Assembly: GCA_963747415.1 (NCBI GenBank)
Contig: CAVVFF010000007.1
Location: forward strand, 582,207-646,206
Origin: Lewinellaceae bacterium
Lineage (GTDB): Bacteria > Bacteroidota > Bacteroidia > Chitinophagales > Saprospiraceae
DNA length: 64,000 nt
Reading direction: 5' to 3'
The translations under genes and the position numbers were made by a program. The notes under the pieces are model-generated. The model was not told where the DNA came from and searched no databases. It was given only the letters and a program-made list of their open reading frames with translations. Below are positions 19,323 to 28,847 of the stretch, in pieces. The first letter of the stretch is position 1; the number at the start of each line of letters is the position of its first letter.

Positions 19323-20018
19323 ATGCCCCGCAGAATAGCTATTTCCGACATTCACGGTTGTCTTCGCTCGTTTGAGGCGTTGCTTGACCGGATAAGCTTC
19401 AGTACTTCCGACGAATTGTATCTTCTTGGCGATTTCGTAGATCGTGGGCCCCGCAGCGCTCAAACCCTGGACCTGGTCATCAAGCTCCAGTCGGAGGGAT
19501 ACCGCATTCACGGCCTGCGCGGTAACCACGACCAATATATGCTCGATGCTATCCTGATCGGCGACAAGCATACGCGGGCTACCTGGCGAAACGCCGGTGC
19601 GAAATCAACCAAACAGAGTTACATCTGCCCGGGCAATCCGGAAGGGAAGATCGATCCGGTACACATCTCCTGGCTCAACACGCTACCGTATTACTATTTG
19701 CTGGAAGATTACGTGCTGGTGCACGCCGGGCTGAACTTTCGCCGCAATAATCCGCTCAAAGGAAAAAAGGCCTTGCTAAACCGTCGCAACTGGTACCGCC
19801 ATATCGACTATGACTGGTTGGGCGACCGGAAGATCGTTCACGGGCATACGCCGCTTACGCGCACCCAGGTGGAAGCTCAAATTCATCCTCGGCGCAGAGC
19901 CTATCCCGTGTTCGATATCGATGCGGGTTGCTTCCACACCAAACCGGGGATGGGACACCTTTGCGCGCTGAACCTGGACGAACGAACGCTGACCTTCGTT
20001 CCAAACCTCGACCGATGA
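19323..20018 (+). CDS. Calcineurin-like metallophosphoesterase (PrpA/ApaH-like)
   Basis: ISDIHG, LGDFVDRG, RGNHD, VHAG, VHGHT motifs all intact. Confidence 0.9.
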   Translation: MPRRIAISDIHGCLRSFEALLDRISFSTSDELYLLGDFVDRGPRSAQTLDLVIKLQSEGYRIHGLRGNHDQYMLDAILIGDKHTRATWRNAGAKSTKQSYICPGNPEGKIDPVHISWLNTLPYYYLLEDYVLVHAGLNFRRNNPLKGKKALLNRRNWYRHIDYDWLGDRKIVHGHTPLTRTQVEAQIHPRRRAYPVFDIDAGCFHTKPGMGHLCALNLDERTLTFVPNLDR

Positions 20019-20416
20019 ATTGGGATGTTATAGAACGGGAACTCGATATGCGCACCAGCCGATCCTCGGGAGCGGGCGGGCAACACGTAAACAAGACCGA
20101 AAGTCGTGTAGAATTGGTGCTGGATGTCAAAAACAGCCAGGGCTTAAGCCGTCGTGAACGTGACAACATCCGCTTCCACCTGGGTAACCGGCTAGATAGT
20201 CAGGATCGCCTTTCCGTTACCGATCAATCCGACCGGTCGCAACACACAAATCGAAAGCGAGCCCTGGCGGCCATGCGTCAACTGGTGGAGCGTGGCGTTC
20301 GCAATCCGCCCAAGAAACGCCGGGCCGGCGCCTTTAAGGCAAATAATCGTAAACGACTGGCCCGAAAGAAACACAGAGGGGAGATCAAAAAGGGTAGGGG
20401 GAAGATTGATTATTAG
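20015..20416 (+). CDS. arfB: Alternative ribosome rescue peptidyl-tRNA hydrolase
   Basis: SRSSGAGGQHVNKTES (GGQ), RSQHTNR, basic C-tail; ATGA overlap with the upstream gene. Confidence 0.92.
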   Translation: MNWDVIERELDMRTSRSSGAGGQHVNKTESRVELVLDVKNSQGLSRRERDNIRFHLGNRLDSQDRLSVTDQSDRSQHTNRKRALAAMRQLVERGVRNPPKKRRAGAFKANNRKRLARKKHRGEIKKGRGKIDY

Positions 20417-20772
20417 AGACTTGCCTTCGGCTTCGCGTTAGAGACTCGCCTTCGGCTTCGCGGTAGAGACTCGCCTTCGGCTTCGCGGTAGATGCTTGCC
20501 TTCGGCTTCGCGTTAGAGACTCGCCTTCGGCTTCGCGTTAGAGACTTGCCTTCGGCTGCGCGTTAGAGACTCGCCTTCGGCTGCGCGGTAGATGCTTGCC
20601 TTCGGCTGCGCGTTAGAGACTCGCCTTCGGCTTCGCGTTAGAGACTTACCTTCGGCTGCGCGGTAGATGCTTGCCTTCGGCTGCGCGTTAGATGCTTGCC
20701 TTCGGCTGCGCGGTAGATGCTTGCCTTCGGCTGCGCGTTAGATGCTTGCCTTCGGCTGCGCGTTAGATGCTC
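20414..20772 (+). repeat. Tandem array of 14 full 25-bp REP-like units plus a partial unit
   Basis: Unit TAGA(GA/TG)CT(C/T)GCCTTCGGCT(T/G)CGCG(T/G) recurs every 25 bp from 20414 to 20763. Confidence 0.95.
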
Positions 20773-20835
20773 GCGTATGAACCATTAGGTAGAATAGATT
20801 AATGCCAAAGGGAATATTACCATTCGACCAAGCTT

Positions 20836-21080
20836 CTACCGCGCAGAGCGCTCTACCGCGAGCGGCAGCGAGTCTCTACCGCGCAGAGCGCTCTACCGCG
20901 AGCGGCAGCGAGTCTCTACCGCGCAGAGCGCTCTACCGCGAGCGGCAGCGAGTCTCTACCGCGCAAAGCGCTCTACCGCGAGCGGCAGCGAGTCTCTACC
21001 GCGCAGAGCGCTCTACCGCGAGCGGCAGCGAGTCTCTACCGCGCAAAGCGCTCTACCGCAAGCGGCAGCGAGTCTCTACT
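20836..21080 (-). repeat. Tandem array of 6 x 40-bp bipartite REP-like units (23 + 17 bp)
   Basis: Minus-strand unit GTAGAGACTCGCTGCCGCTCGCG + GTAGAGCGCTCTGCGCG; period 40 from 20841. Confidence 0.95.
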
Positions 21081-21987
21081 TAACCAACCCTTCCTCCTGG
21101 AGTCCCTTAAGCAATTTATCAAGTACGCCGTTTAGGAAGTCTTTGCTTTTTTCGGTACTGTAAAGCTTAGAGATATCGAGGTATTCGTTGAGCGTGACCT
21201 GCGGAGGGATAGAGTCGAACTCCAGGAACTCGGCGATGGCCATTTTCAGCAGGATCATATCGATAATGGCCACCCGTTCGGCATCCCAATTTTGCAGCAC
21301 CGATTTGATGCGCTCCAACAGCTGGTCGTCCGCGTTAATGACGAAACTCAGGAGAACCTCTCCAAATTCGCTAACCGCCTCCGAGGTAGTTTCATAATCC
21401 TGGTAGAAGTCATCCGAAGCGGGTAAGGCCTTTATCGTTTTCTTCATCGCACCAACGACGAGGCTTTTGTCTTCGTGCCACAACGGAAAGTGATCTTCCA
21501 CCATGGTCTGGAAGAGTTCTTGTTTCTGTAGCCACTTAAAGAGGGCCAGTAAAACTTTGGTATCGTTCTCTAGCGACGGAGCGGAATGGCGCGCGTATTC
21601 GGCGTAAGCTTCGGTGGCCAGAAAATCACGGTAAAGCTGCTTGATCTGATCTGCGTCCACCATGCCCCGTATGTTGTACCGATCGTAGAGGCGACTCAAT
21701 TCCTTATTATCCGTCAATGACCTGACCGATGGATTGGTGGCCAGGGTGTCCTGGAAATTTCGGTCTTCCGCGGTTGGACGGAACTTGGTGTTACGGGTCG
21801 CGAGATCCTGGCGGGCGTAATCGCAGCACCGCTGGAGGATGAGCAAATTCTGCAGGTAAAGTTCAAAGGATCGCTTTACCATGAGAGCGTAATGGCTACG
21901 GATCGCCCTCAGGTCAGTACGCTCCTGCCTTTGGGCGGCATAGAGCACTTGCATGATCTTGATGCGAACGTTGCGGCGACTGAGCAT
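21076..21987 (-). CDS. nusB: Transcription antitermination factor NusB (long Bacteroidota form)
   Basis: MLSRRNVRIKIMQVLYA; NWDAERVAIIDMILLKMAIAEF..VTLNEYLDISKLYST..FLNGVLD. Confidence 0.92.
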   Translation of the reverse strand: MLSRRNVRIKIMQVLYAAQRQERTDLRAIRSHYALMVKRSFELYLQNLLILQRCCDYARQDLATRNTKFRPTAEDRNFQDTLATNPSVRSLTDNKELSRLYDRYNIRGMVDADQIKQLYRDFLATEAYAEYARHSAPSLENDTKVLLALFKWLQKQELFQTMVEDHFPLWHEDKSLVVGAMKKTIKALPASDDFYQDYETTSEAVSEFGEVLLSFVINADDQLLERIKSVLQNWDAERVAIIDMILLKMAIAEFLEFDSIPPQVTLNEYLDISKLYSTEKSKDFLNGVLDKLLKGLQEEGLVK

Positions 21988-22060
21988 AGAATGGTCCGGT
22001 TTTCAAATTGGCCGGGCGATACTGCCCTAAGCGCAGCGCAAAGCAACGAAAAAACGCAGA

Positions 22061-23431
22061 CTACTTCGAAGAAGCGGCCAAAATATTGGCACGGGCAATA
22101 TCATCAAAGGCGGGAAGCTTGTCGTGATGCCACTTATTCAGGATCACGCCTTCCTTCATAAGCACGACGCCGGGGTTGGACCGGATGATGGTCTTCAGTA
22201 AGATATCGTCTCCCCGGTGAAAGGGGTAGTCGGCACCTACGGCCTGTTTGAAATCAGCTATTGCTGCGTCATCGGAGAATTTGGTCATGGCCATTACCGA
22301 GTGACCGGCCGCCTTTGCACTTTCGACTACCGGCTGTATGTCTTCCCGCCAGCTTTCGAGGTAGTCCTCATCCCAATTGCCAGCGTCTCCCTTCAGCTTA
22401 TACGCAACGATGATAAAGGTATAGCCAGGGTCGGCGAGTAGGTCCGGCACTACGTCGTATCCTTCCGCGTCGCTTACTTCGAACTCGCTGATCTTGGTAG
22501 CTTCTAGGGTGGGCTCAGAAGTGAAATTATCAATGATCCAGTTTTCCTCGGGGTATTCCTTATAGACTTTCAGAAACTCTTCGGTAGTCATTCTCACCAC
22601 CTCCCCACTTGCTTTGTCCGTCAATTCATAACCCAATACGGTCACCGCAGCCGCGGCATCAGACTCGGCCTGCTTACGGGCCGCTACGTCCGTACCTACT
22701 TTGAAGGGACGGAAGTCCTGACCCGGGATGTCCCATATGAAGTTGCTCAGACAGTAGAAAACGGCAATAGCGCCGGTCGCGAATACCGCCAGGGAGCGGG
22801 TCCGCGGGGTAAAGAGCTGGTGCATCTTACCGGGAAAAATCAAGAAGATAGTGGCCGGAACGAGCAGCGCAATATCCTTGAGAAAGCTCACCCGGGGCTC
22901 CAGCTTGAGAAAGTCACCGAAGCAACCGCAGTCCGTAACCTTCATATTCGTTTCCGTATAGGATCCCCACTCCCCGAAGGCAAAGAAGTTGGTGCCGGAG
23001 GGGACGTAGCCGGTCAGGTAGGTGAAGCCGGTGAGAACCGTGAAGAAGGCTATGATAGGGAATAGTAGTCCTGCGGTCAATTTGGGTTTCGCGCCCAGGA
23101 TCAGCATCAGTCCAAGCATGATCTCCAGTACGATCATGAAAACGGAAAAGCCGGCGGCGAATCCATTCAGCCAGGGAAATAGGGGGGCCAGGAACCCAGC
23201 ACCGGCTCCGTTGGCTGTTGCTTCGAATTCCGCGAAATACTGCTCCATCTTGTACGCCGTCCCCAGGGGATCGATAGCCTTAACGTAGCCTGAGAACAGG
23301 AAAAGGGCACCGACGAAGTTTTGCAGGAGACTCATGCCTACGTTACGGGTTTCCTTCAGCACGGCGTGGGTTACGCCGGTAAGTGCCAGGGCGGCAATAC
23401 CGATGTAGATAAGGAGTGTAGTAAGCGTCAT
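22061..23431 (-). CDS. DoxX-family (BT_3928-like) membrane protein with a C-terminal thioredoxin-like domain
   Basis: FSGYVKAIDPLG, VTDCGCFGDFLKL, SFLKD, KTIIRSNPG. Confidence 0.8.
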   Translation of the reverse strand: MTLTTLLIYIGIAALALTGVTHAVLKETRNVGMSLLQNFVGALFLFSGYVKAIDPLGTAYKMEQYFAEFEATANGAGAGFLAPLFPWLNGFAAGFSVFMIVLEIMLGLMLILGAKPKLTAGLLFPIIAFFTVLTGFTYLTGYVPSGTNFFAFGEWGSYTETNMKVTDCGCFGDFLKLEPRVSFLKDIALLVPATIFLIFPGKMHQLFTPRTRSLAVFATGAIAVFYCLSNFIWDIPGQDFRPFKVGTDVAARKQAESDAAAAVTVLGYELTDKASGEVVRMTTEEFLKVYKEYPEENWIIDNFTSEPTLEATKISEFEVSDAEGYDVVPDLLADPGYTFIIVAYKLKGDAGNWDEDYLESWREDIQPVVESAKAAGHSVMAMTKFSDDAAIADFKQAVGADYPFHRGDDILLKTIIRSNPGVVLMKEGVILNKWHHDKLPAFDDIARANILAASSK

Positions 23432-23449
23432 GGACCTGAATTATTACCA

Positions 23450-26400
23450 TCAATTACAACTGTCGACGGGTGTGGTTCTAACGTGCTCAAGAAGCTTAGC
23501 GTATACGTCGTTCTGTTGCAAAATTTCCGGGCATCCAACCAGCACCAGGTGTTCGCGGGCGCGGGTCATCGCTACGTTCAACTTTCTATCTACTCCCTCG
23601 CTGCTTACCTGGGCCAAACGTTCTAGTTGCCGGACATCATTAGTGCAAAGCGACATTAAGATAATACGCTTGGCACTACCCTGGTAGCGCTCTACCGTAT
23701 CCACGGTGTAGTCCTCCGGATCGTGTCCGCCGATCGACAGTTGCCGGCGGATGTGGGCGATCTGCGCACGGTAGGGGGTGATGATTCCAATATCACCTGA
23801 CTTTATGGGGGCTGCCGTATGGGCGTACACCGCGCGGAAGGCCTCCACAAGACGGATAAGCATGGTGGCTTCGTGGCGGTTAACTTTAGGGTCGGTACTG
23901 CCCTCATCCACCTCCGTGCCAATAAAAACGAGCCGCTGTTCAGAGATCTGGCGCTGGAGATCGTCATCCCCGGCTACCAACGAGAGCGGAGCGATCTGCC
24001 GGTGATGATGATCGATACTATCGGGAAGAATATCCAGCTTGTCCTGGTAAAAATGATGGGCGGGGAAGGCCATGACCTCCCTATGCATCCGGCCCTGATG
24101 CATCAATTGATCGTAAGCCCAGGTCCACCCAGATGCCTTCGCGGTTAAAAAAAGGCGTTCGAACAGGCTGCTACTCAGGTCCTTAATGCCGGTATTCCGA
24201 AGCCGTTCGTCAGCCACGTAGGTCGTGTAAGTATCCTGTTGGACAACCGCGGGTAACTGGCGGTGGTCACCGATCAACAAACTTCTCGGCGCCCGGGTAA
24301 GTAAGGTGCCGAGGAGCGGCTCCAGGATCTGGCTCGCTTCGTCCACGATTATGCGATCGAATGACTTCAGCTTAAACAATTCATTGTTGCCCCCTACGCT
24401 GGCTACGGTACCTACCACCACCCGGCAAGTATCCACCAATTTACGAAGGTCCTTACGCCGGGTTACGCCCTGGCTTCGTAGCTGAAGCAGCCGGTCGGCG
24501 TATTCCGGACTACTCCCCAGCCGGCTACCGATGCGCAGGTAATCGCGGAAAGGATCTCCGCTTGCCGTCCGAATCTGCTCGATACTTTCGCAGATCTCAT
24601 CCACCGCCCGGTTGGTATAGGCCACCAGGAGCAAGTTTTCCTTTGTATTCATGAGCAAGTGCCGGACCAGATGGTGCAGCATCTTACTGGTCTTACCCGT
24701 CCCCGGAGGACCCCACAGGAGAAAGTAGTCCGGGGCGGTGATCACCTTGCGCAGAATCTTATCCTGCTCCTCGGTGAGCTCGTCTGAGATTTCACCTGCA
24801 TGCGGTTCCGCGCTACCTGGCGCGGTCAGACCGAGCCAACGTTGCCGGAAATCCGGGCTCGCGGAAGCCCACAAGTACAAACCGAGATAATGATTGCGGA
24901 AGCTGCTGTCCAGCACATCCTTTTCTACCGCCCAGAATGGTTTTCTGCGAAAGGCGCTGTCGTTGAGTTGTCTGTTGCGGGGACGCAGGAGCAATGCATC
25001 TTCCCCAACGGCAATGATCGTCGATTTAAAGATCTGAGAGCGAACGGCATCTCCCGTCGCGGCTTCTTTATTTGGTGTCCCGTACAGGGCGATAATGTCC
25101 CCCTGCCTGAATTTTACCAGCAAGTCATCGTTTTCGGACCGTGTAAGCGTGAGGATGTTTTCATCTACGTCATAGGCGGTAAAGCGAAGCCCGTCGAGCA
25201 GTTCGAAGCGTTCCACCTTATCGGCCCGATCGTCCAGCCAAAGGCTGGCCAAACCATTAAGATGGTCGATGCGCTGTTCGCCGATTTTGGCCAGCCGCTG
25301 CTCCCGGGCCACGAACCCGAGGTAAGCCCCGAAGTAGCGGCGTTCCAGATCGCTCAGTTTTCCGTAACAGTCGAGCACCGCCCGGTGATCCGCTTCGGTG
25401 AAACGGCCCAGATTTTTAAAGCGGGCGGGGTCGATGCGCGAAAACAAGGCGTCCGTTTGGCGAGCCAGGTCGACGGTTTCTCCGTCGGTTTCAGATGTGC
25501 CGAGTCGGGCGATCATCATTTCGAGGCCGACCAGCTGATTGCGCGCGGTGAGGGCCTCCATTTGCCGGGTGAACTGCGGCGGAGCGTAGCGGATCGGCTT
25601 GTCGTAGTCGACACTGTACAGTATGTACGAGCGAACATTGGCCCCTTTCCCGAGCGCCTGATTGATCATCAGGTCGTATAATACCGTTTGTATAAAATTG
25701 TCGCTCCGAATCCCGTGAATATTGGGATTGTATATTTTACTGGTTTTGAGTTCAACAATCGATGTAAGTCCCTCCTCGGTGTCCCGTTGGGATTGTAGCA
25801 GGTCGAGGCGCCCCTGCAGCCCATAGGCGGGAGATAGGAAGGTCGGTTCCAGCATGACTTTGTCCCGTTCGATGTCCAGATCCGGAAGTAACTCGCTAAC
25901 GAATTTGGCTACCGTGAGGAAGTGATGCTTCAGATCGGCTATGAGGTCCCTTACCTCCCGGTCGGAGAAAAGGCACAGTTCGAGGGGCTGCATCTCGAAG
26001 ATCTTGGGGAGTACGTCCCGAAACCGGATATCGGGATCCTGAACCAGGAGATCGAGAAAGGTATTCACGATGTTCCCCCGCACCAGGGGTGGTCTTTTTT
26101 CGAAGGGTAGTAAGCGCCCGGGCAGGGCAGACCAGGGTTGATATTGGCTGCCTCCGCTGAAGCAGTACGCCACGTCGGTTACGTTGACGAGGAAATCCGG
26201 CTCGATCACGATCTGCGCGGGGTAGAGGAGGTCCGGGTCGCGCAGCTGGACGTTGATCAGGTTCAGGGTGACGAAGGGCCCGCTGATCTTCTCGAGGATG
26301 TTGACCGCGTCGCGTACCGGGGAGTCGGCGAGTTCGGGGTCACCGTAGGGAATCCGGTAGACCATCTCCGGCCGGCGTTCCTCCCGGACAACGACCTCCG

Positions 26401-26878
26401 ATTTCGCACCGTCTACTTCGATCACCAGCACCCGTAGCTGGTAAAACTTACGACGGACGTCCGGTTTTTGGAAGGCGGGGTAAGCGGTATGCAAGTGTTG
26501 CTCCAGCTCGGTGGGTACCTCCAGGCCGAAGAGCGCTCGGGTCAATTCCGTTAATAAGCGGTAACCGATCAGCTCGTGCCGTGGTATGGCGGGTTCCGGG
26601 ATTTCATTGGGTCGGGTCCTGCGATAGGCCCTTTCCTGATAGATCAGTTGTCGCGAGAGGCCGTACTTGTGAGCGGCGTAGGTAACGCGGGCGTAGGTCG
26701 TGCTAAAATGCAGTTTGTCGGCTTCCGTTGCCCGTTCGAAAAGCTCAAGCAGGAGGCGGCGCAACGCATCGATCTTTTGCCGGGAGGTGAGTTCCCGGTT
26801 GTCATCCAATCGGCCTATTCGATTATAAAAATATTCGCCAATCGCCTTGTCCCGGGGAGAAATATCCATACGCGGCAA
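23450..26878 (-). CDS. Dna2/Nam7-like PD-(D/E)xK nuclease-SF1 helicase
   Basis: Nuclease: EPTFLSPAYGLQGRLD..VELKT..QTVLY; helicase: GPPGTGKT, DEASQ, GDHRQLP, YRAQ, TVERYQG, NVAMTRAR. Confidence 0.88.
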   Translation of the reverse strand: MPRMDISPRDKAIGEYFYNRIGRLDDNRELTSRQKIDALRRLLLELFERATEADKLHFSTTYARVTYAAHKYGLSRQLIYQERAYRRTRPNEIPEPAIPRHELIGYRLLTELTRALFGLEVPTELEQHLHTAYPAFQKPDVRRKFYQLRVLVIEVDGAKSEVVVREERRPEMVYRIPYGDPELADSPVRDAVNILEKISGPFVTLNLINVQLRDPDLLYPAQIVIEPDFLVNVTDVAYCFSGGSQYQPWSALPGRLLPFEKRPPLVRGNIVNTFLDLLVQDPDIRFRDVLPKIFEMQPLELCLFSDREVRDLIADLKHHFLTVAKFVSELLPDLDIERDKVMLEPTFLSPAYGLQGRLDLLQSQRDTEEGLTSIVELKTSKIYNPNIHGIRSDNFIQTVLYDLMINQALGKGANVRSYILYSVDYDKPIRYAPPQFTRQMEALTARNQLVGLEMMIARLGTSETDGETVDLARQTDALFSRIDPARFKNLGRFTEADHRAVLDCYGKLSDLERRYFGAYLGFVAREQRLAKIGEQRIDHLNGLASLWLDDRADKVERFELLDGLRFTAYDVDENILTLTRSENDDLLVKFRQGDIIALYGTPNKEAATGDAVRSQIFKSTIIAVGEDALLLRPRNRQLNDSAFRRKPFWAVEKDVLDSSFRNHYLGLYLWASASPDFRQRWLGLTAPGSAEPHAGEISDELTEEQDKILRKVITAPDYFLLWGPPGTGKTSKMLHHLVRHLLMNTKENLLLVAYTNRAVDEICESIEQIRTASGDPFRDYLRIGSRLGSSPEYADRLLQLRSQGVTRRKDLRKLVDTCRVVVGTVASVGGNNELFKLKSFDRIIVDEASQILEPLLGTLLTRAPRSLLIGDHRQLPAVVQQDTYTTYVADERLRNTGIKDLSSSLFERLFLTAKASGWTWAYDQLMHQGRMHREVMAFPAHHFYQDKLDILPDSIDHHHRQIAPLSLVAGDDDLQRQISEQRLVFIGTEVDEGSTDPKVNRHEATMLIRLVEAFRAVYAHTAAPIKSGDIGIITPYRAQIAHIRRQLSIGGHDPEDYTVDTVERYQGSAKRIILMSLCTNDVRQLERLAQVSSEGVDRKLNVAMTRAREHLVLVGCPEILQQNDVYAKLLEHVRTTPVDSCN

Positions 26879-27022
26879 GATAGCCTACCCGGCGGAGAGG
26901 GCGCGCTTCGTTGCCCCAATAGGTTGGTTTTTGGCGTTGATGTTTCACCTGCGCTCCGCCGCCCACCAACGTATGGCCGTTTCTGCAACGTCTACCTTTT
27001 GAAAGCAAAGATTATGCTCGCG

Positions 27023-27814
27023 ATGCGCCCAATATTCATCCTACTTTTTTCCCTGCCGGCTTTTGTTTTCGCATGTAGCTGTATAAACCAATACGTCCCC
27101 CTGGAGGAAGAAATCTGCCGTACGGCGGAGAGCAACGGTCAGGTACTGGAAGTGACGCTTACGGACAAACTTGGCGCGGGTAAATCCATCGTTTCCGTTG
27201 ACCGGGTAATAGCAGGAACGACCGCCCGCAGAAAATTTACGGTTCAGGACGGAAATAGTGCCATGTGCGGATTTTCGATTGAGGGAGCTTCCCGGGGTCA
27301 GCGGTATTTACTATTTCTATACGCGGACCAGGAAAATGCGGACGTAGTGCGCCTTTCCGAATGCGGCTGGAATAAGAATATGTATCGATTCGATCGAACG
27401 GGTGCCCGTCTGGAATACACCACTCCGGATGAAGACACCGGAACCAGCGGGGTAGGTTACAGCTTTCAGCCTTACCGGCTGGGGAGTATCCTGCAGTCCT
27501 GCGGATTGGAATCCGGCAAGCTGCTGGGCCGTTCTCCGCTATTCGATTTGCAGCTTTATGCCAGCCCCGGGAACGGTAAGCCAAGATTGGGCGTTACTTC
27601 CGGCGATTTCCCTTCCCTCAGCTTGCTGTCGGCTTACTCTCCGCTCGGGCAACCCCTGGGCCAGGTTCCCCTGGTAGGTTATATGGCTGATACGCCTATC
27701 GACTTAACTTACCTGCCTGCCGGCCTTAGTTTTCTGGTGGTGACGGACGGAACCTACCGCAAGTCGTTCCCCTATGTCAAGATGGGACCACGGCAAGGTG
27801 GACCGGGAAACTAG
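27023..27814 (+). CDS. Secreted protein with a TIMP/NTR-like N-domain and a T9SS-type C-terminal sorting domain
   Basis: Signal peptide ending VFA|CSC; six Cys; C-term LYASP..YSPLGQ..IDLTYLPAG..VK; alternative ATG at 27014. Confidence 0.65.
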   Translation: MRPIFILLFSLPAFVFACSCINQYVPLEEEICRTAESNGQVLEVTLTDKLGAGKSIVSVDRVIAGTTARRKFTVQDGNSAMCGFSIEGASRGQRYLLFLYADQENADVVRLSECGWNKNMYRFDRTGARLEYTTPDEDTGTSGVGYSFQPYRLGSILQSCGLESGKLLGRSPLFDLQLYASPGNGKPRLGVTSGDFPSLSLLSAYSPLGQPLGQVPLVGYMADTPIDLTYLPAGLSFLVVTDGTYRKSFPYVKMGPRQGGPGN

Positions 27815-27854
27815 ACGCACCGGGGCATCGGCGAAATTTCGCTACTTTGCCCGT

Positions 27855-28844
27855 ATGAATCGGCAAAAAATCATTGAAAGTCTTCACCTGGATATTCCGG
27901 TGGTGGTTTCCCCCATGTTCATCGTCTCCCAGCAGCAACTCGTGCTGGAGTGTTGCAAAAACGGGGTGATGGGTACCTTTCCGGCCCTGAATAACCGGAC
28001 TACCGAAGGATTCGAGGAATGGGTAATAGAGATCAAGGAAGCCTTGGCAACGGAGACGGAGCGCCGGGGAGTTCCCCTTCCTGCCTACGGCGTGAACCTG
28101 ATCGTACATAAGACCAACCCGCGGGTGCAGGCCGACCTGGAGGTGATCGTCCGCCAGCAGGTGCCGGTGGTGATCACCAGCCTTGGCGCCGCCAAGGAAG
28201 TGGTGGATGCCGTACATAGTTACGGGGGGCTGGTCTTCCACGACGTGACCAATACCTACCACGCCCAGAAAGCGATCGACGCCGGGGTGGATGGACTCAT
28301 TTTGGTTTGCGCGGGGGCGGGCGGACACGCCGGATCCCTGAATCCCATTCCCTTCGTAGCCGAGGTTAGGAGCATGTTTGACGGGGTGATCCTGGTTGCC
28401 GGGGCACTGAGTACGGGTCGCGACGTGGCTACGGCGATGCAGATGGGAGCCGATCTGGCCTATATGGGTACCCGCTTTATCAATACCCGGGAGGCCGTGG
28501 CCGACGAGGCTTACAAAGACATGATCATTAAGAGCGGCACGCGCGACATCATCTACACGGCCTCCGTATCCGGGATACCGGCCAACTGGATGGTGGCGAG
28601 TTTGGAAGCCGCCGGCATAAGCAAGGAGATGTGGGACCAGAAGGGTAAGGCCGATTTCGGCGCCGAGCACGAGGCCAAAGCCTGGAAGAACCTGTGGAGT
28701 GCCGGGCACGGGGTGGCCAGCATTAAGGATAATCTGCCGGCCGCCGAACTGATCGAACGAATAAAACGGGAATTCCGGGAAGCCATTGCCGAGCAGGCCG
28801 CCCTGTTGAACAAGTTTCCGCAAGCTCAGGCAAACAAATTATAG
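27855..28844 (+). CDS. Nitronate monooxygenase/2-nitropropane dioxygenase-like flavoprotein
   Basis: SPMF, YGVNLIVH, GAGGHAG, AYMGTRFI, WSAGHG. Confidence 0.88.
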   Translation: MNRQKIIESLHLDIPVVVSPMFIVSQQQLVLECCKNGVMGTFPALNNRTTEGFEEWVIEIKEALATETERRGVPLPAYGVNLIVHKTNPRVQADLEVIVRQQVPVVITSLGAAKEVVDAVHSYGGLVFHDVTNTYHAQKAIDAGVDGLILVCAGAGGHAGSLNPIPFVAEVRSMFDGVILVAGALSTGRDVATAMQMGADLAYMGTRFINTREAVADEAYKDMIIKSGTRDIIYTASVSGIPANWMVASLEAAGISKEMWDQKGKADFGAEHEAKAWKNLWSAGHGVASIKDNLPAAELIERIKREFREAIAEQAALLNKFPQAQANKL

Positions 28845-28847
28845 TAT

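Noticed and set aside
20414-21080. CRISPR array or IS ends
   Set aside because: Pure tandem repeats without spacers; no transposase or target duplication
20802-21083. 93-aa ORF of repeated STAQSALPRAAAS
   Set aside because: Translation of the 40-bp repeat array; no coding signal
26576-27013. N-terminal extension of the 412-aa ORF
   Set aside because: Overlaps the helicase gene on the opposite strand; the signal peptide places the true start at 27014 or 27023
27777-28823. 348-aa antisense ORF over the nitronate monooxygenase
   Set aside because: Shadow ORF typical of high-GC3 coding sequence; no motifs
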